From Malacoraja senta (taxonomy: Eukaryota): a stretch of 64,000 bases of DNA. The stretch's first letter is position 1. Each line of letters begins with the position of its first letter. Shown piece after piece: positions 33,801 through 48,800 of this stretch. A model generated the notes under the pieces. The model did no database searches, had not been told where the DNA came from, and worked only from the letters and a program-made list of their open reading frames with translations. The position numbers and the translations under genes are program-made. The stretch covers positions 1,674,001 to 1,738,000 of the forward strand of contig CM075981.1 in the NCBI GenBank assembly GCA_038087875.1, read 5' to 3'.

Positions 33801-36800
33801 TTCACGCTAGTAACGCTCTCCGGTAAGGGACCTGGAGGTGGGTGGTGAGTGGGCGAGTGGTGAGTGGGTGAGTGGTTGGGTGAGTGGGCAGATGCATGGC
33901 AGATGAAGTTTAATGTGGATAAATGTGAGTTTATCCACTTTAGTAGCAAAATCAGGAAGGCAGATTATTATCTGAATGTTGTCAGGTTGGGAGAAGGGGA
34001 AGTACAAAGAGATCTGGGGGTCCTTGTTCATCACTCACTGAAAGTAAGCATGCAGGTACAGCAGGCAGTGAAGAAAGCTAGTGGCATGTTGACCTTAATA
34101 ACAAGAGGAGTTGAGTACAGGAGCAAAGAAGTCCTTCTGCAGTTGTACATGGCCCCAGTGAGACCACACCTGGATTATTGTTTGCAGTTTTGATCTCCAA
34201 ATTTGAGGAAGGACCTTCTTGCTATCGAGGGAGTGCAGTGTATGTTGAGGGAGTGCAACAAGGTTAATTCCCGGGATGGCGGGACTGTCATCTGTTGATT
34301 GAATGGTGCGGCTGCGCTTGTATACTCAGGAATTTAGAAGGATGAGATGGGATGTTATTGAAAAATATAAGATTATTAAGGGATTGGACACGCGAGAGGC
34401 AGGAAACATTTTCCCGATATTAAGAATAATGGATAGGCCATTTAGAACGGAGATGAGGAAAAACGTTTTCACCCAGAGAGTTGTGAATCTGTGGAATTAT
34501 CTGCCTCAGAAGGCAGTGGAGGCCGATTCACTGGATGCATTGAAAAGAGAGTTAGATAGAGCGCTTTGGGCTTGCGGAATCAAGGGGCTATGCGGAAAGG
34601 CAGGAACGGGGTACTGATTGTGGATGATCAGCCATGAACACAGTGATTAGCGGTGCTGGCTCGAAGGGCTGAATGGCCTACACCTGCACCTATTGCCTAT
34701 GTATCTATGTATCTCTTATCTATGTCTGTATCTACAGTTCCTTGTGTCTCCACCTCTGAATATTGAAAGCAAGACCAATCAAATATTCAGCAAGAGAACA
34801 CTATACCCTGCTTGGAGTAACTGGGCGCAGTGGTTTCCTGATGATTGTTATCGGGTGTTACATTTGTATTTGAAGTGAACCCTACTGATGTTAAGACTCA
34901 CGAATAGATTTAGGTTCTGTTGATATAAGGAAATAAAGGACAATTAAAGATAGACAAAAAATGCTGGTTAACTCAGCGAGACAGGCAGCATCGCTGGAGA
35001 GAATGAATGGGTAACGGTTCGGGTCTGAGCAGGGTCTCGACCCGAAACGTCAGAGCGAGAGAGTAGATGGAGCTTAAAAGATAGCGGCGCCATGGGATGG
35101 GTGAGAAGGTATGAACGGGGTACTGATTGTGGATAATCAGCCATGGTCATAGTGAATGTCGGTGCTGGCTCGAAGGGCCGAATGGCCTACTCCTACCACA
35201 GTTGTCTCTTATCTCTTGACCAGCTTTATTGTAACCCGTCTGTCCTCCGTTCTCAGTCAGGGCTATGTAAAAGCAGTGGCGGCGGTGAATGCCTAAACAC
35301 GGGTCCGGCCCAGTGTCCGTTGAGAGATGAATGTTGGCAGCGTAGCCGGCGGCACCGCCAATGAAATAGCAAAGTGAGGTCTTTCTGCAGGGTGAGAGGC
35401 CGGGCACCGCCTGAGATTGTTGAAAGGCAGCTCCTGCAACACTGCCGCGCTCCCTCAGTACCGCACTGCGATCCCAGCCCAGTTTCTGCTCAGGGATCTG
35501 GAGTAGGAAGTGAACCCTAATTGTACTGACCAGGGGACAGAACACTGACACAACAGGTACAATAACAGCACTGCCTGCACTTCATACCGGAGACATTGGC
35601 CGTGAAGCAATATGACACATCATGGAACGATTTAAGTTTTCTTGCATGTTTTCTTCAAAATGTATCTATTTCCATTAAACAGTTCATTTGTTCTCCATCT
35701 GAAAGTTTCTCCCCTCCAATTCAGCTGCAGTGTGGGGAGAGACGTATGTAACAGGAGTTGTGGGAAGAGCGATCACAATCTATTGTCACTATGAAGCAGA
35801 GTACCGCTCACACACAAAATACTGGTGCCGTGTGCAGAATCGGCAATGTACAGATATGATGGAAACAAATGGGCAACACGGACGGAGTGGAAGAGTGTCA
35901 ATCACAAATAACCCGGCACGAGGAATATTTACTTTGACTGTGGAGGATCTTCACTCTGGAGATACAGGATGGTACAGGTGTGGAATTACAACATCTAACG
36001 GCCGTTCAATGTTAAACGTAGAACTCCAAGTATCTGACGGTACGTTTCTCAGCGATTGACTTGTCGTCTGCACTGAAAGGCCTGATCTATGTTTTCTCCG
36101 GGAAGGGTCAGGGCAGCACCGATATCCCGAGGCTCCGCAGCAGTGCAGAGACCTGCGGGGAGCGGGCGGGGGTCGGGAAACCGCACTCATTTTGCTCTCA
36201 CCCTGAGCGGGCTCTGCCCCACTGAGCGGCCACCCACTTAGAAACATAGAAACATAGAAAATAGGTGCAGGAGGAGGCCATTCGGCCTTTCGAGCCAGCA
36301 CCGCCATTTGTTGCTATCATGGCTGATCGTCCCCAATCAATGACCTGTGCCAGCCTTCTCCCCATATCCCTTGATTCCACTAGACCCTGGAGCTCTATCT
36401 GACTCTCTCTTAAATCCATCCAGTGATTTGGCCTCCACTGTCCTCTGTGGCAGGGAATGCCACAAATTCACAACTCTCTGGGTGAAAACGTTTTTTCTCA
36501 CCTCAGTCTTAAATGGCCTCCCCTTTATTCTAAGTGTGGCCCCTGGTTCTGGACTCGCCCAACATTGGGAACATTTTTCCTGCATCTAGCTTGTCCAGTC
36601 CTTTTATAATGTTATGTGTTTCTATAAGACCCCCCTCAAACTTCTAAACTCCAGTGAATACAAGCCTAGTCTTTTCAATCTTTCCTCATAAGACAGTCCC
36701 GCCATCCCAGGGATCAATCTCGTGAACCTATGCTGCACTGCCTCAATCACAAGGATGTCCTTCCACAAATTAGGAGACCAAAACTGTACGCAATACTCCA

Positions 36801-39800
36801 GATGTGGTCTTTCCAGAGCCCTATACAACTGCAGAAGAACCTCTGTACTCCTATACTGAAATTCTCTTGTTATGAAGGCCAACATTCCATTAGCTTTCTT
36901 CACTGCCTGCTGTACCTGCAAGCCAACTTTCAGTGACCGGTGTACAAGGACACCTAGGTCTCGCTGCGCCTCCCCCTTACCTAACCTAACCCCGTTTTGA
37001 TAATAATCTGCCCCCTTGTTTTTGCCACCAAAGTGGATAACCTCACATTTATCTATATTATACTGCCACGCATCTGCCCACTCACTCAACCTGGTCACCC
37101 TGCAACCTGCTAACATCCTCTTCATAGTTCACACTGCCATCCAGCTTTGTGTCATCCGCAAACTTGCTAGTGTTGCTCCTAATTCCCTCTTCCAAATCAT
37201 TAATATAAATGGTAAACAGTTGCGGCCCCAACACCGAGCCTAGCGGCACTCCATTCGCCACTGCCTGCCATTCTGAAAAGGACCCGTTCACTCCTACTCT
37301 TTACTTCCTGTCTGCCAACCAATCTTCTATCCACGTCAACACCCTACCCCCAATACCATGCGCTCTAATTGTAGTCACCAGTCTCCCGGGCGGGTACTTA
37401 TCAAAGGCTTTCTGAAAGTCTAGATACACTACATCCACTGGCTCCCCTTCATCCATTTTACTTGTCACATCCTCAAAAAAATCCAGAAGATTACATAGAT
37501 ACATAGAAAATAGGTGCAGGAGTAGGCCATTCGGCCCTCCGAGCCTGCACCGCCATTCAATATGATCATGGCTGATCATCCAACTCAGTATCCCGTACCT
37601 GCCTTCTCTCCATACCCCCTGATCCCTTTAGCCACAAGGGCCACATCTAACTCCCTCTTAAATATAGCCAATGAACTGGCCTCAACTACCCTCTGTGGCA
37701 GAGAGTTCCAGAGATTCACCACTCTCTGTGTGAAAAAGTTTTTCCTCATCTCGGTCTTAAAGGATTTCCCCCTTATCCTTAAGCTGTGACCCCTTGTCCT
37801 GGACTTCCCCAACATCGGGAACAATCTTCCTGCATCTAGCCTGTCCAACCCCATAAGAATTTTGTACGTTTCTATAAGATCCCCTCTCAATCTCCTAAAT
37901 TCTAGCGAGTATAAGCCAAGTCTATCCAGTCTTTCTTCATATGAAAGTCCTGACATCCCAGGAATCAGTCTGGTGAACCTTCTCTGCACTCCGTCTATGG
38001 CTATAATGTCCTTCCACTTGAAGTGTGTCGAGCATGATTTTCCTTTCATAAATCCATGCTGACTTGGACTAATCCTTTTACTGCTATCCAAATGCCCCAT
38101 TATTACCTCTTTAATAATTGACACCAGCATCTTTCCCACCACCGAAGTCAGGCTAACTGGTCTGTAATTCCCCGTTTTCTCTCTCGCTCCTTTTTTGAAA
38201 AGTGGAATTTAACTTCTCTTTCACTTCACTTTTCACTTCAAGTGGAATGCTCAGCACATTTCCCTTCCTCTGAACTGTATGAAATGTCACCCTGTCAGAA
38301 GTTTGCATTCCGACTCAAAATAATAATCCGACAGATCAGTGAGAACAAGTGTTGCTCGCGGACTGAATACCCCGAGAGTTTTTAAAAAATCAGTCCCCAG
38401 AGCTCAATAGAGTGCGTTCAGTCCTCCCGGGGTAGGCCATCCCTCTTCCCGCCCCCATCTCAGGGACCAGTCATTCCCTCCCAAACCCCGCGCTCTCTCT
38501 CTCTCCCTCTGCCCCGTCAATGCGCCCCCATCCCCAGCAGCCACTGTCCACCCACCGCCCGGCAGTCAGCCAACCTCTCCACCCGGACATTTCCCCGATG
38601 TTAAGCAGAATAAACTCATCTTTCACCACATCAGCCGTCGCACACAACACATAATCATCCAACATTATCGCCACCTGCAACGGGATCCCACTACTAGACA
38701 TATATTTCCATCTCCACCGCTTTCTGCTTTCCGAAGAGACCGTTCCTTCCGTAACTCCCTGGTCAACGTCCACCCTCCCCCCCCCAAAAAAAAAACATCC
38801 CCTCCCCAAGTACCTTCCCCGACAACTGCAGGAGATAGATCACCTGTCTCGATACCTCCTTCCTCTATTCCGTCCAAGGTCTCCAACAATCTTTTCGGGT
38901 GAGGATTGACTTGCATCTCCTCCAAGCTCACCTACTACATCCGCTGTTGCAGGTGTGAACTACTATATATCGGCTAGACCAAGCGCAGACTCGTCGATCG
39001 TTTCGCTGACTAACTCCGCTCAGTCTGCTCCTGGACCTCCTCCACTATCCAACGTAAATAGGAGGAAAAGCACCTGGGCAACTTACAACCCATCGTTTGA
39101 ATATTGACTTCTCTAACTTCAAGGAACCCTTGCTTTACTCCTGTCCCCATCCCGCCACCATCCTAGCTCTCCAGTTAGTTGCACAGTCAAACTGATTTTC
39201 TTTTACTTATTGTATGCCTCGTTGTCACCTTCCCTTCAGCTCACAATGATCCATTGTCCATTTTATTTTCACCTTTGATCAGTTGTTTTCACACCTTACC
39301 TGTCCATTTATCTTCTGTCTCCCTGTCCCATGATTCTCAGGCTGAAGGTGGGTCTCGACCCGAAACGTCACCCATTCCTTCTTTCGAGAGATGCTGCCTG
39401 CTCCGTTGCGTTACTCCAGCATTTTGTGTCTATCTTAAAGGGATCGTAATTCGTTTTCCACAGCAGAGATGGTTAAGTGTGTGTAGACATGTAATGGGGG
39501 AAATGGAACTCGGTGCATTGTGGTGATGGATCTGAAATCACACTTGAATATCTACACAATGTTCGTAGTTTAACCACTGTTGACACATGGTCGAATTGCA
39601 TCCTGATGATAAATGAAAGGCTTAAAATAGCGAATGAATTTGAAGCAGATACTGCAAGACACCTGGACCGAAGGTTCCAACGTCATCAGTAAGTTAATTC
39701 TACACTTTTAAAATGTGTTTACCAAGGAGGTGGAAGTCAGGATTGTGGACTCATTGTGTCAGTTCAAACATTCCCAGCATTTGTCCGGCTCAACTCTGTC

Positions 39801-42800
39801 GCAAACCCAACAATTCCCCGGTGTCTGAGACTGAACCACTGTCCTCGCTCTATCCACCCACCCCAACTCTTTCTCCATCATCTCTCCAATCCGCGGCCCA
39901 GTCGTGCTGAATTGTCCAGGGCGAGCCGGGGTCATCGGGAATAAAACCTGTCCCAGATGAGCAGCGGGACATTGGGCTCACAATTCAGTTTAGTTTATTG
40001 TCACGAGTACCGAGGTACAGTGAATCTGGCGGAGTGTGTTTTCACGCTAATAGCGTTCTCCAGCAAGGGACCCGCTTTATTGTAACCCGTCCGTACTCTG
40101 TACTCAGTCAGGGCGTTGTAAACACAGTGGCTGCGGTGAATTTCTAAACACGGGTCCGGCCCAGTGTCGGTTGAGAGATGAATGCTGGCAGCGCCGACAC
40201 TGAAATAGCAAAGTGAGGTATTTCTGTAGGGTGAGAGGCCGGGCACCGCCTGGGATTGTTGAAAGGCAGCTCCTGCAACACTGCCGCGCTCCCTCAGTAC
40301 CGCACTGCGATCCCAGCCCAGTTTCTGCGCAGGGATCTGGAGTGGGAAGTGAACCCTAATTGTACTGACCCGGGGACAGAACACTGACACAACTGGTACA
40401 ATAACAGCACTGCCTGCACTTCAGACCGGAGACATTGGCCGTGAAGCAAAATGACACATCATGGAACGATAATGTTTTTCATGTAATCTTCAAAATGTAT
40501 ATATTTCCATTAAACAGTTCATTTGCTCTCCATCTGAAAGTTTTTCCCCTCCCTTTCAGCTGCAGTGTGGGGAGAGAGGAATTTAACAGGAGTTGTGGGA
40601 AGAGCCATCACAATCGATTGTCACTATGCAGCAGAGTTCCGCTCACAGGCTAAATACTGGTGCCGTGGGCAGAGTCGCCAATGTACAGATATGGTGGAAA
40701 CAAATGGGCAACACGGACGGAGTGGAAGAGTGTCAATCACCGATATACCGGCACTAAGAATATTTACTATGACTGTGGAAGATCTTCACTCTGGAGATAC
40801 AGGATGGTACAGCTGTGGAATCACAGCACCTGCCGACCATTCAATGTTTAACGTATATCTCCAAGTATCTGACGGTACGTTTCGCAGCGATTGACTTAAT
40901 GTCTCCACTGAAAAGCCTGATCCATGTTTTCTCCGGGAAGGGTCAGGGCAGCACCGATATCTCGAGGCTCCGCAGCAGTGCAGAGGCCTGCGGGGAGCGG
41001 GCGAGGGTCGGGAAACCCCACTCATGTTTGCTCTCACCCAGTGCGGGCTCTGTCCCATTGAGCGGCCACCCACTTCAAGACACTCAACACATTACCCTGC
41101 CTCTGAATTGTATGAAATATCACCCTGTCAGAGGTTTGCATTCCGACAAACTAATAACCCGACAGATCAGTGAGAAACAAGTGTTGCTCGCCGTCTGAAT
41201 ACCCGGAGAATCATAAACAGGGAATCAGTCCCCAGAGCTCCACAGACTGCGTTCAGTCCCCAGGTACCTTCCCCTACAACTGCAGGAGATGCAACACCAG
41301 TCACTATATATCCCCCCTTTACTCCATCCATGGGCCTCAACAGTCTTTTCGGGTGAGGCAGACGTTCACTTGCATCTCCTCTAACCTCATCTACTCTATC
41401 CGCTGTTCCAGGTGTGAACAAGCGGATATAGTAGATGGGAGACCAAGCGCAGACTCGGCGATCGTTTCGCTGAACAACTCCGCTCAGTCTGCCTCGGCCT
41501 ACGCTACATCCCGATTGCTAAACACTTTTATTCCCCCTCCCATTCCCAAACTGAACTTTCCGTCCTGGACCTCCTCCAGTGCCAGAGTGAGGCCAAAGGC
41601 AAATTGGAAAATCAGCGCCTCATATTTCGCTTGGGCAGCTTACAACCCAGCGGTTTGAATATTGACATCTCTAACTTCAAGTAACCCTTGCTTTACTCCT
41701 TTCCATCCCGCCCCCATCCGAAACCTCCAATTAGATTCACCTGATAATATTTTACTGATTGTATGCCTCGTTGTCACCTTCCCTTCAGCTGACAATGATT
41801 CATTCTACATTTCCCTTTAACATTGTCACCTTTGATCACTTGTTTTAACATCTTACCCTTCCATTTCTCTTCTGTCACCCAGAACATGACTGTCAGGCTG
41901 GAGAAGGGTCTCGATCCGAAACTTCACCCACTCCTTCTCTCGAGAGATGCTGCCTGCTCCGCTGAGTTCCCCCAGTATTTTGTGTCTCTCTTAAAGCGAT
42001 CGTAATTAGTTTTCGCGATTAAATTACAAGGCATTGAATTGTGTTTTTGGCACGCTGGTCTTCATCAGTGAGAACATTCAGAATATAATTTGAGATAATA
42101 TGCTTCAGACGTGCAGATGTTCAGTCCACACTTTGGGAATTGTGTTCAGCTTCAGTCACTCAGCTCCAAGAAAAGTTGAGATGGACAGCGTGCAGAAAGG
42201 TTTAAGGGCGACGTTGCCTGGACAGGATGGGATTGACGCAGGGAGCGATTGGACAAACTCAGACTTCATTCCTTAGTGTGGAAATGATTGAGAGAGGAAC
42301 TTATAGAAATGTATCAATCACGAGAAGCATGTTCATTTTCCCACGATGTGTGGAATCAAAAAGTGGAGGACAGAGGTAATGGGAACTATTTAAAGAGGGA
42401 GGAATAGTAAGGTGCAATTGACCATAATGTCATGTTTTGTACAGATGAGTGGCCGAAGCTGAACACAATTCGCACAAGTTCGACCTCAACAACATATGTA
42501 CAACTGAAACATAACATCCCAACATATGTTCTGAGGAACAACATTTTCCACACATTGGGTAATATGTACATGGAACCTGCTGCCAGGGGAAGTTGTTGAG
42601 GCAGTTAGAATAGCAGCATTTAAAATAAATTTTGGATATTTGCGTAGATTGGGATCATTGCGAGTGATAAATGAGAAACGCGGACATATGGAAATGTCAT
42701 AGAAAGACATGTTGGTCGGCATTAATGAGCTGTTGTGATGGGCATCTTTCGGTTCTCTATAACTCTAACCTTCTTCGGTTTCTGCGCTTCGCACACTCCC

Positions 42801-45800
42801 AGAGATGTAGATGAGCCGGTGAGGTATCAACCGGACGGTTCGGGCTGAGATAAAGTGCTGCTGAGATTTAGCAAGTGTTTGGTTTTTAACAATTCATACA
42901 GGTGACTGAATATTTGCTCCATTCCCACAGAACCCATTTCTGCTCCTGTGCTCAGTTATCTGTCAGCAGCAAATGCCTCACGTCTTGGAGGCTCAGTGTC
43001 AGTGTCCTGTGAGTCTCTCCGTGGATCCCTTCCCATCCATTACACGTGGTTTGAGAAGAAGGAGCATCGGGTGTCAACGATCTTGAAAGGCAATCAACTG
43101 GATCTGAGTTGTGACATCCTCAGAGGTGAACACCTTCGATATTACTGCACAGCCGCAAATAATCGTGGGACAAAACCCAGTGAAATAGTCAAGGTGAAAG
43201 TCTTCAAAGGAGCAGGAACGTGCAGTTATGTGACAGAAATGAACAATGCAGGTGAGTGTTCCTCTCGTGTCCCTGAACCTGCTGCTATTCACCTTGTGGT
43301 GATGTTCATGGATTTCTTGTTATTTGCAGACGGCATCATTGCAGCCACCGTGAGCTCATGCTGTAAAATGCGAGAGTTTGTTTGGGGGACTGGCAAATAA
43401 TTGCCCGTAGCTTCCACCATGGAGGTGTTGCGCAATTTCAGCAAAGGAGAGAAAGACATGCACTTGTCACAAAGGGTTGAGTGCACTCCATCAAATTTCT
43501 GCCTTCTGCCTTAAAAAATGCCGTTTGGCTGCCGCTTAAGGTCTCACAGTCACTTTGAGACATTGAAAGCAACCAAATGCATCCTGTTTGGATCCGCCAT
43601 CATTTACAATCAAGGATGTGAGACCAAGCGGAGGCTTGGCGATCGTTTCGCCGAACACCTCCGGTCGGTCCGCAATAACCAACCTGAACTCCCGGTGGCT
43701 CAGCACTTCAACTCCCCCTCCCATTCCGTATCTGACCTCTCTGCCCTGGGTCTCCTCCATGGCCACAGCGAGCAACGCCGTAAATTGGAGGAAATGCACC
43801 TCATATTCCGCTTGGGCAGTCTACATCCTGGTGGCCTGAACGTTGAATTCTCCCAATTCTGCTAGCCCTGGCTGTCCCCTCCCCTTCATCAGCCATCTGG
43901 TTGTCTCCTCCCCTCCCCCAGCGCTCGGGCTCCTCCTCCGCCTTTTCCTTTTTTCCTTTCTTCTCCCCACCCCCTATCAGTCTGAAGAAGGGTTTCGGCC
44001 CGAAACGTTACCTATTTCCTTCGCTCCATAGATGCTGCTGCACCCGCTGAGTTTCTCCAGCATTTTTGTGTACCTATGTACAATTTCATGATCATGTTCA
44101 TGATTTTAACTGTTAATTTGTGTTAAACTCCAGTAATATCACTAAATTAAATTGTAATCTACTTGGCCGTCACTCCATCAAGTATAACCCTTACTTTTGT
44201 CAAAGAGAATTTTGAAATGAACTCCCAGTAGTCGTGGAGACGTTCAGATTGGAAGTCCAGAATAGAGTGTGAATGGTTTACATCAGACAGACCAAGCTTA
44301 TACAATGCCAGCGTTTCTTAAACTATTTCAGTGCCATTCACCCTTGAGTCTTTATTACAAGATTTAATTCACCCTCCACTAAATATTCTTATGTTTTTTT
44401 GGTTATTATCATCTTATTTTCACGTGTGCATAATTTTATATATAATTTATTTTGTCACATGAGCAAAAAACATGAATTAACTTATTCACCCCAAAATAAT
44501 TTCATTCGCCCTTGGGTAAACCATTCATCAGTTTAAGAAGCACTGGCCGAGGCTACAATTTCGCCGAACACTTGTGTTTGGTCTGTCATGACCCAGAGTC
44601 GTACTTGATAGACACCCCGTTGATGCAGAGCAGCAGCAGTTTGCACCATCTGCACGATGCACTGCAGCAACTCACCAAGACTCCCAAGACATTACCTTCC
44701 AATTGCAACAGGCTCCGTGTTCAATGCATCATTAGTCACCATTCACACCCACATTGGCTGGGAAGCGCTTTGGAACGATGTGCAGATGGTGAGGGACGGT
44801 GTACAGTATCTGTCTCTCATCGCAATCTAGGTGGAATTCAACAGAGTTAAGAAAATCATTGGGCGGACTCCCCTGTATATATTGATGTATACTATAATGT
44901 ATATGTTTGTGAAAGACTAATTTTGCTCTTCAATCTATGAAAGAATTTCCTTCAGTTTCAGGTGCACTGTGGGCAGAGAGCGAAGTACGAGGGGTTGTGG
45001 GAAGAGCGATCTCAATCGATTGTCACTATGCAGCAGTGTACCGCTCACACACAAAATGCTGGTGCCCTGGGACAAGTCGCCAATGTACACATATAGTGGA
45101 AACAAATGGGAAACATGGACAGAGCGGAAGAGTGTCAATCACAGATAACCCGGCACGAGGAATATTTACTGTGACTGTGGAGGATCTTCACTCTGGAGTT
45201 ACAGGATGGTACAGATGTGGAATTATTACACCTGGCGAACCAACATTTAAAGTACATCTCCAAGTATCTGAAGGTAGGTTTCTCAGTGAGTGACTTCATG
45301 TCTCGACTTTGGCATCTGCATAAAACATTTGTTGGGTCACATATGGGAGCCTGGTGCACAGTTCTGGTCGCCGCTTTATAAAACAAAAGATGTGAAAGGT
45401 TTGGAGAGGTTACAGAAAAATGTCACCGGGATATTTAGTTGTAGTTTACAAATGCAACATGGAAACGGATCCTTCGGCCCACCGAGTCCACACCGACTAG
45501 CGATCACCGGTCACACTAGTTCTATGTTATTCCACTTTCCCATTCGCTCCCTACACACAATTCTACAATACCGCCATTCACACACCTCATTAGTGCAACA
45601 TTATCACTATCAACAATTGTATACAAGGAAATTTAAAAGTTGTTGATAATGATACTGTTGCACTAATGAAGTGTTTGAATGTTGGTATTGTAGAATTGTG
45701 GCAGAGTTTCAGATTAAAAGAAGATTAACTGCAGATGCTGGAAATATAAAACAAAGACAGATGGTGCTGCTGTGTATTGGTGCAGTGGCAGACATGGTAG

Positions 45801-48800
45801 TTCTGCCAGCTGGGTGGATGGAGAGACACAGAGATGTTCAAATCTGTTAAATTGTGAGGAGAAGGTACAGGGAAGACTTACAAGGATGTTGCGAGGGATT
45901 GAGCAGATTAGGACTTTATTTCTTGGAGCACAAGAGGATGAGGGATGATCTTATGGCAGGTAAAAAATAATGCGAGGAATAGATCGAGTTAATACACAGC
46001 CTTTTGCTCAGAGTAGGGGAATCGAGAACCGGAGGACATGGTTTTAATATGAGGGGGGAATGATTTAACAGGAACCTGGGGAGTAACGTTTTTACACAAT
46101 GGTTGGTAGGCACATGAAACGAACTGCCGACAGAAGTAGTTATGGCAGGTACTATCGTAACATTTAATAAAATATTGGACATGTACATGAATATGATATG
46201 TTTAGTGGGTTAAGGGCCAAGAAAGGGCAGGTGGAACTAGTGTAGATTGGGCGTGTTGGTCAGCGAGGGCAAGTTAGACCGAAGGGCCGGTTTCTATGCT
46301 GTATGACTCTATGATTCTATGTAGATGGATGGGTCAGATTCCAAAATGGCGGCTCTGGCTAAGATACATGGTGGATATTGGCGAGTGTTTGATTTTCAGA
46401 TGTTCACTCAGTTGTCTGACTGTTTGCTCCTTTCCCACAGACCCCGTGTCTGTTCCTGTGCTTGGCTTTCTGTCACCAGCCAATGTCTCCTGTCTCGGGG
46501 GCTCAGTGACAGTGTCCTGTGAGTCGGTCAGTGGATCCCTTCCCATTAGCTACACATGGTATGAAAAGACCCCATCTGTGGATTCAAAGATCTCAGACCA
46601 AAATGCCCTGGATCTGCATTGTCAATCATTCAAACACCAGCACCATCAATATTATTGCACAGCCTCCAATAATAATGGAACAAAATCCAGTGAAATGGTC
46701 AATGTGTCCATCTCCAGCAGTGACGTGCCCTGCAGTTTTCTAGTGAAAATCAACGGCACTGGTAAGTAGTGGGGGGAATGAGGAGAAGAAGGGGAAGTGC
46801 GGGTGGGGGTTTCATCAGATTACAAGTGATAGAAGCAGAAATAGACCATTCAATCATGGCTGATCTATCTTCCCCATTCTCCTGCTTTCTCCTCATAACG
46901 TCCGTCACCCTGAAATCCCTGCACGTTATTTAATTAATTTATCAAGATTAATATATGGAATTATGGCTCATTTGTCAGTACTTGGTTGTTGGGCTCCAGA
47001 AATAGAATTCCTAGTGCTGGTGTAGGCTAACATCCTGTATAGAATTGTCTCTTCCATTTACACAGCTTTAAACTAGGTTTGCAGTGACATCAGTCCATGC
47101 ACATTCACTTTCCCACCACATGATCCACACACAGATATGGTAAGGGATCAGACATTATCAGTAAATGTGGCCACAGTTAAATCCTTGACGACGGTATCCC
47201 ATTTACCAGCACCTCGTCCATTGCAGCAATTCAGGTACCTCCACCTTCTGGGTTTAAAAATATGTCTTGATACCCTTGAAACATCCTGCTCCTTAACTTA
47301 ACCATGTGTTCTCCACATTTACACATATCTGTCGTGCAACATTTCCCAAAAATCCACTGTCTATGCAGCTCAGAGTTTTTGCACACCTGTAATTGGTTTC
47401 CCCTTCCTCACCTGGGGGAGGCGGACAGGAGCACTTGGAGAAAACCCACACGGTCACAGGGAGGTGGTAAAAATTCCGTACATCCGTAGTCAGGATCGAA
47501 CCCGGGTCTCTGGCGTTGTAAGGCAGCAACTCTACCGCTGCGCTACTGTGCCGTCGACACCTGGCGCCAGAGTTGTTACCAGCCCGCCTGCTTGTCGTAA
47601 CATCTCCCATTTACTCAACTCACACTGAAGAAACATTATCCTGTCTGTTAAGCCTATCAACTACTTACATCGGAAAACCATACTCCTTTGTTCAACTGCA
47701 AGTGAAAAGCAGTGAAACTGACTTTTATTTCCTTGTTCCAACAGGTCATGAATATTCTTGTGAAAATTCGATAACATCCAATTACTCTGCAAGGTAAACC
47801 ACTTTATTTCCAATGGAAGTTACAATATAGTAATTGCTGGTGTTTTGGTTGGGAATGCTTTATTTGGGAGAAATTTGTGCCTGCCTTTCACTGGCATTAA
47901 ATGCCCTGAGAGTATTGATCTGAATGCACAGTGGCACAGCCGATAGAATCACAGCCTCACAACACCACGACCCTGGTTCATTAGGTGCTGTCTGTGCGTG
48001 GTCTGCATGTTTTGCCTTTTATTGTGTTGGTTTCATTTAAGTGCTCCAGTTTCCTCCCAGCTCCCAAAGATGTGCCAGTTGTAAATTGCCCCGTGTGTAC
48101 AGGACAGCGGTTGAATCTGTGGATAGGGGATGGGGCGGGGAGGGAGGGAGGGTGTTGGACGGTAGTGCTAGTTGATGAGGAAGTGGGGAAAATAAAAATG
48201 GGATTGACAGAGGATCCGTGTGAATGTAGTTGACTGTCGGCACAGACCAGAAGGGCCAAATGGCCTGTTTCAATACTGTGTTTCTCCATGGGTCTTTGAT
48301 CCAATGAAACCAAATATCGAAGCATAATCAAATTTTGTACGTCCAGCCATGATCACATTGAATGGCGGTGCTGGCTCAAAGGGCCGAATGGCCTACCCCT
48401 GCACCTCTTGTCTATTGTCTATTGTCTATTGTTTCAAGCCTGACACCAAATATAAATGTATCTCTTAAATATTCGTTAATAATATGTATATAACTTGCAA
48501 ACCAATTATTAGTTAACTCTTCAGAAGGGGAATTACACTGGGTTTACATCTCATTGTGTTGTGTACATGCTTGGATGATAAGAACAAGTTCTTCCATTTG
48601 CTGCTTTTCAGAGAGCGCTTCCTGCAGTATTCACCATGACTTCTCCTTCACTAACCTCATCCCATGCTGTGAGATGAATATAGTTGCCAAACCCAAGTCT
48701 TGCAGTTTAGCTTGGTTGACACTTGCTCTGGTGTGGTGCTGATAGGTAAATGCATTATGAATTATGGGCTAAGACACCCCCCCTTGATATCACTTATGGC

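Larger units (their letters stand above)
23137..47467 (+). repeat. Tandem segmental duplication unit 2
   Basis: Near-identical to unit 1, about 1.2 kb longer mainly because of an L1 insertion (710 bp plus TSD) and a nested CR1 insertion (533 bp). Confidence 0.97.
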
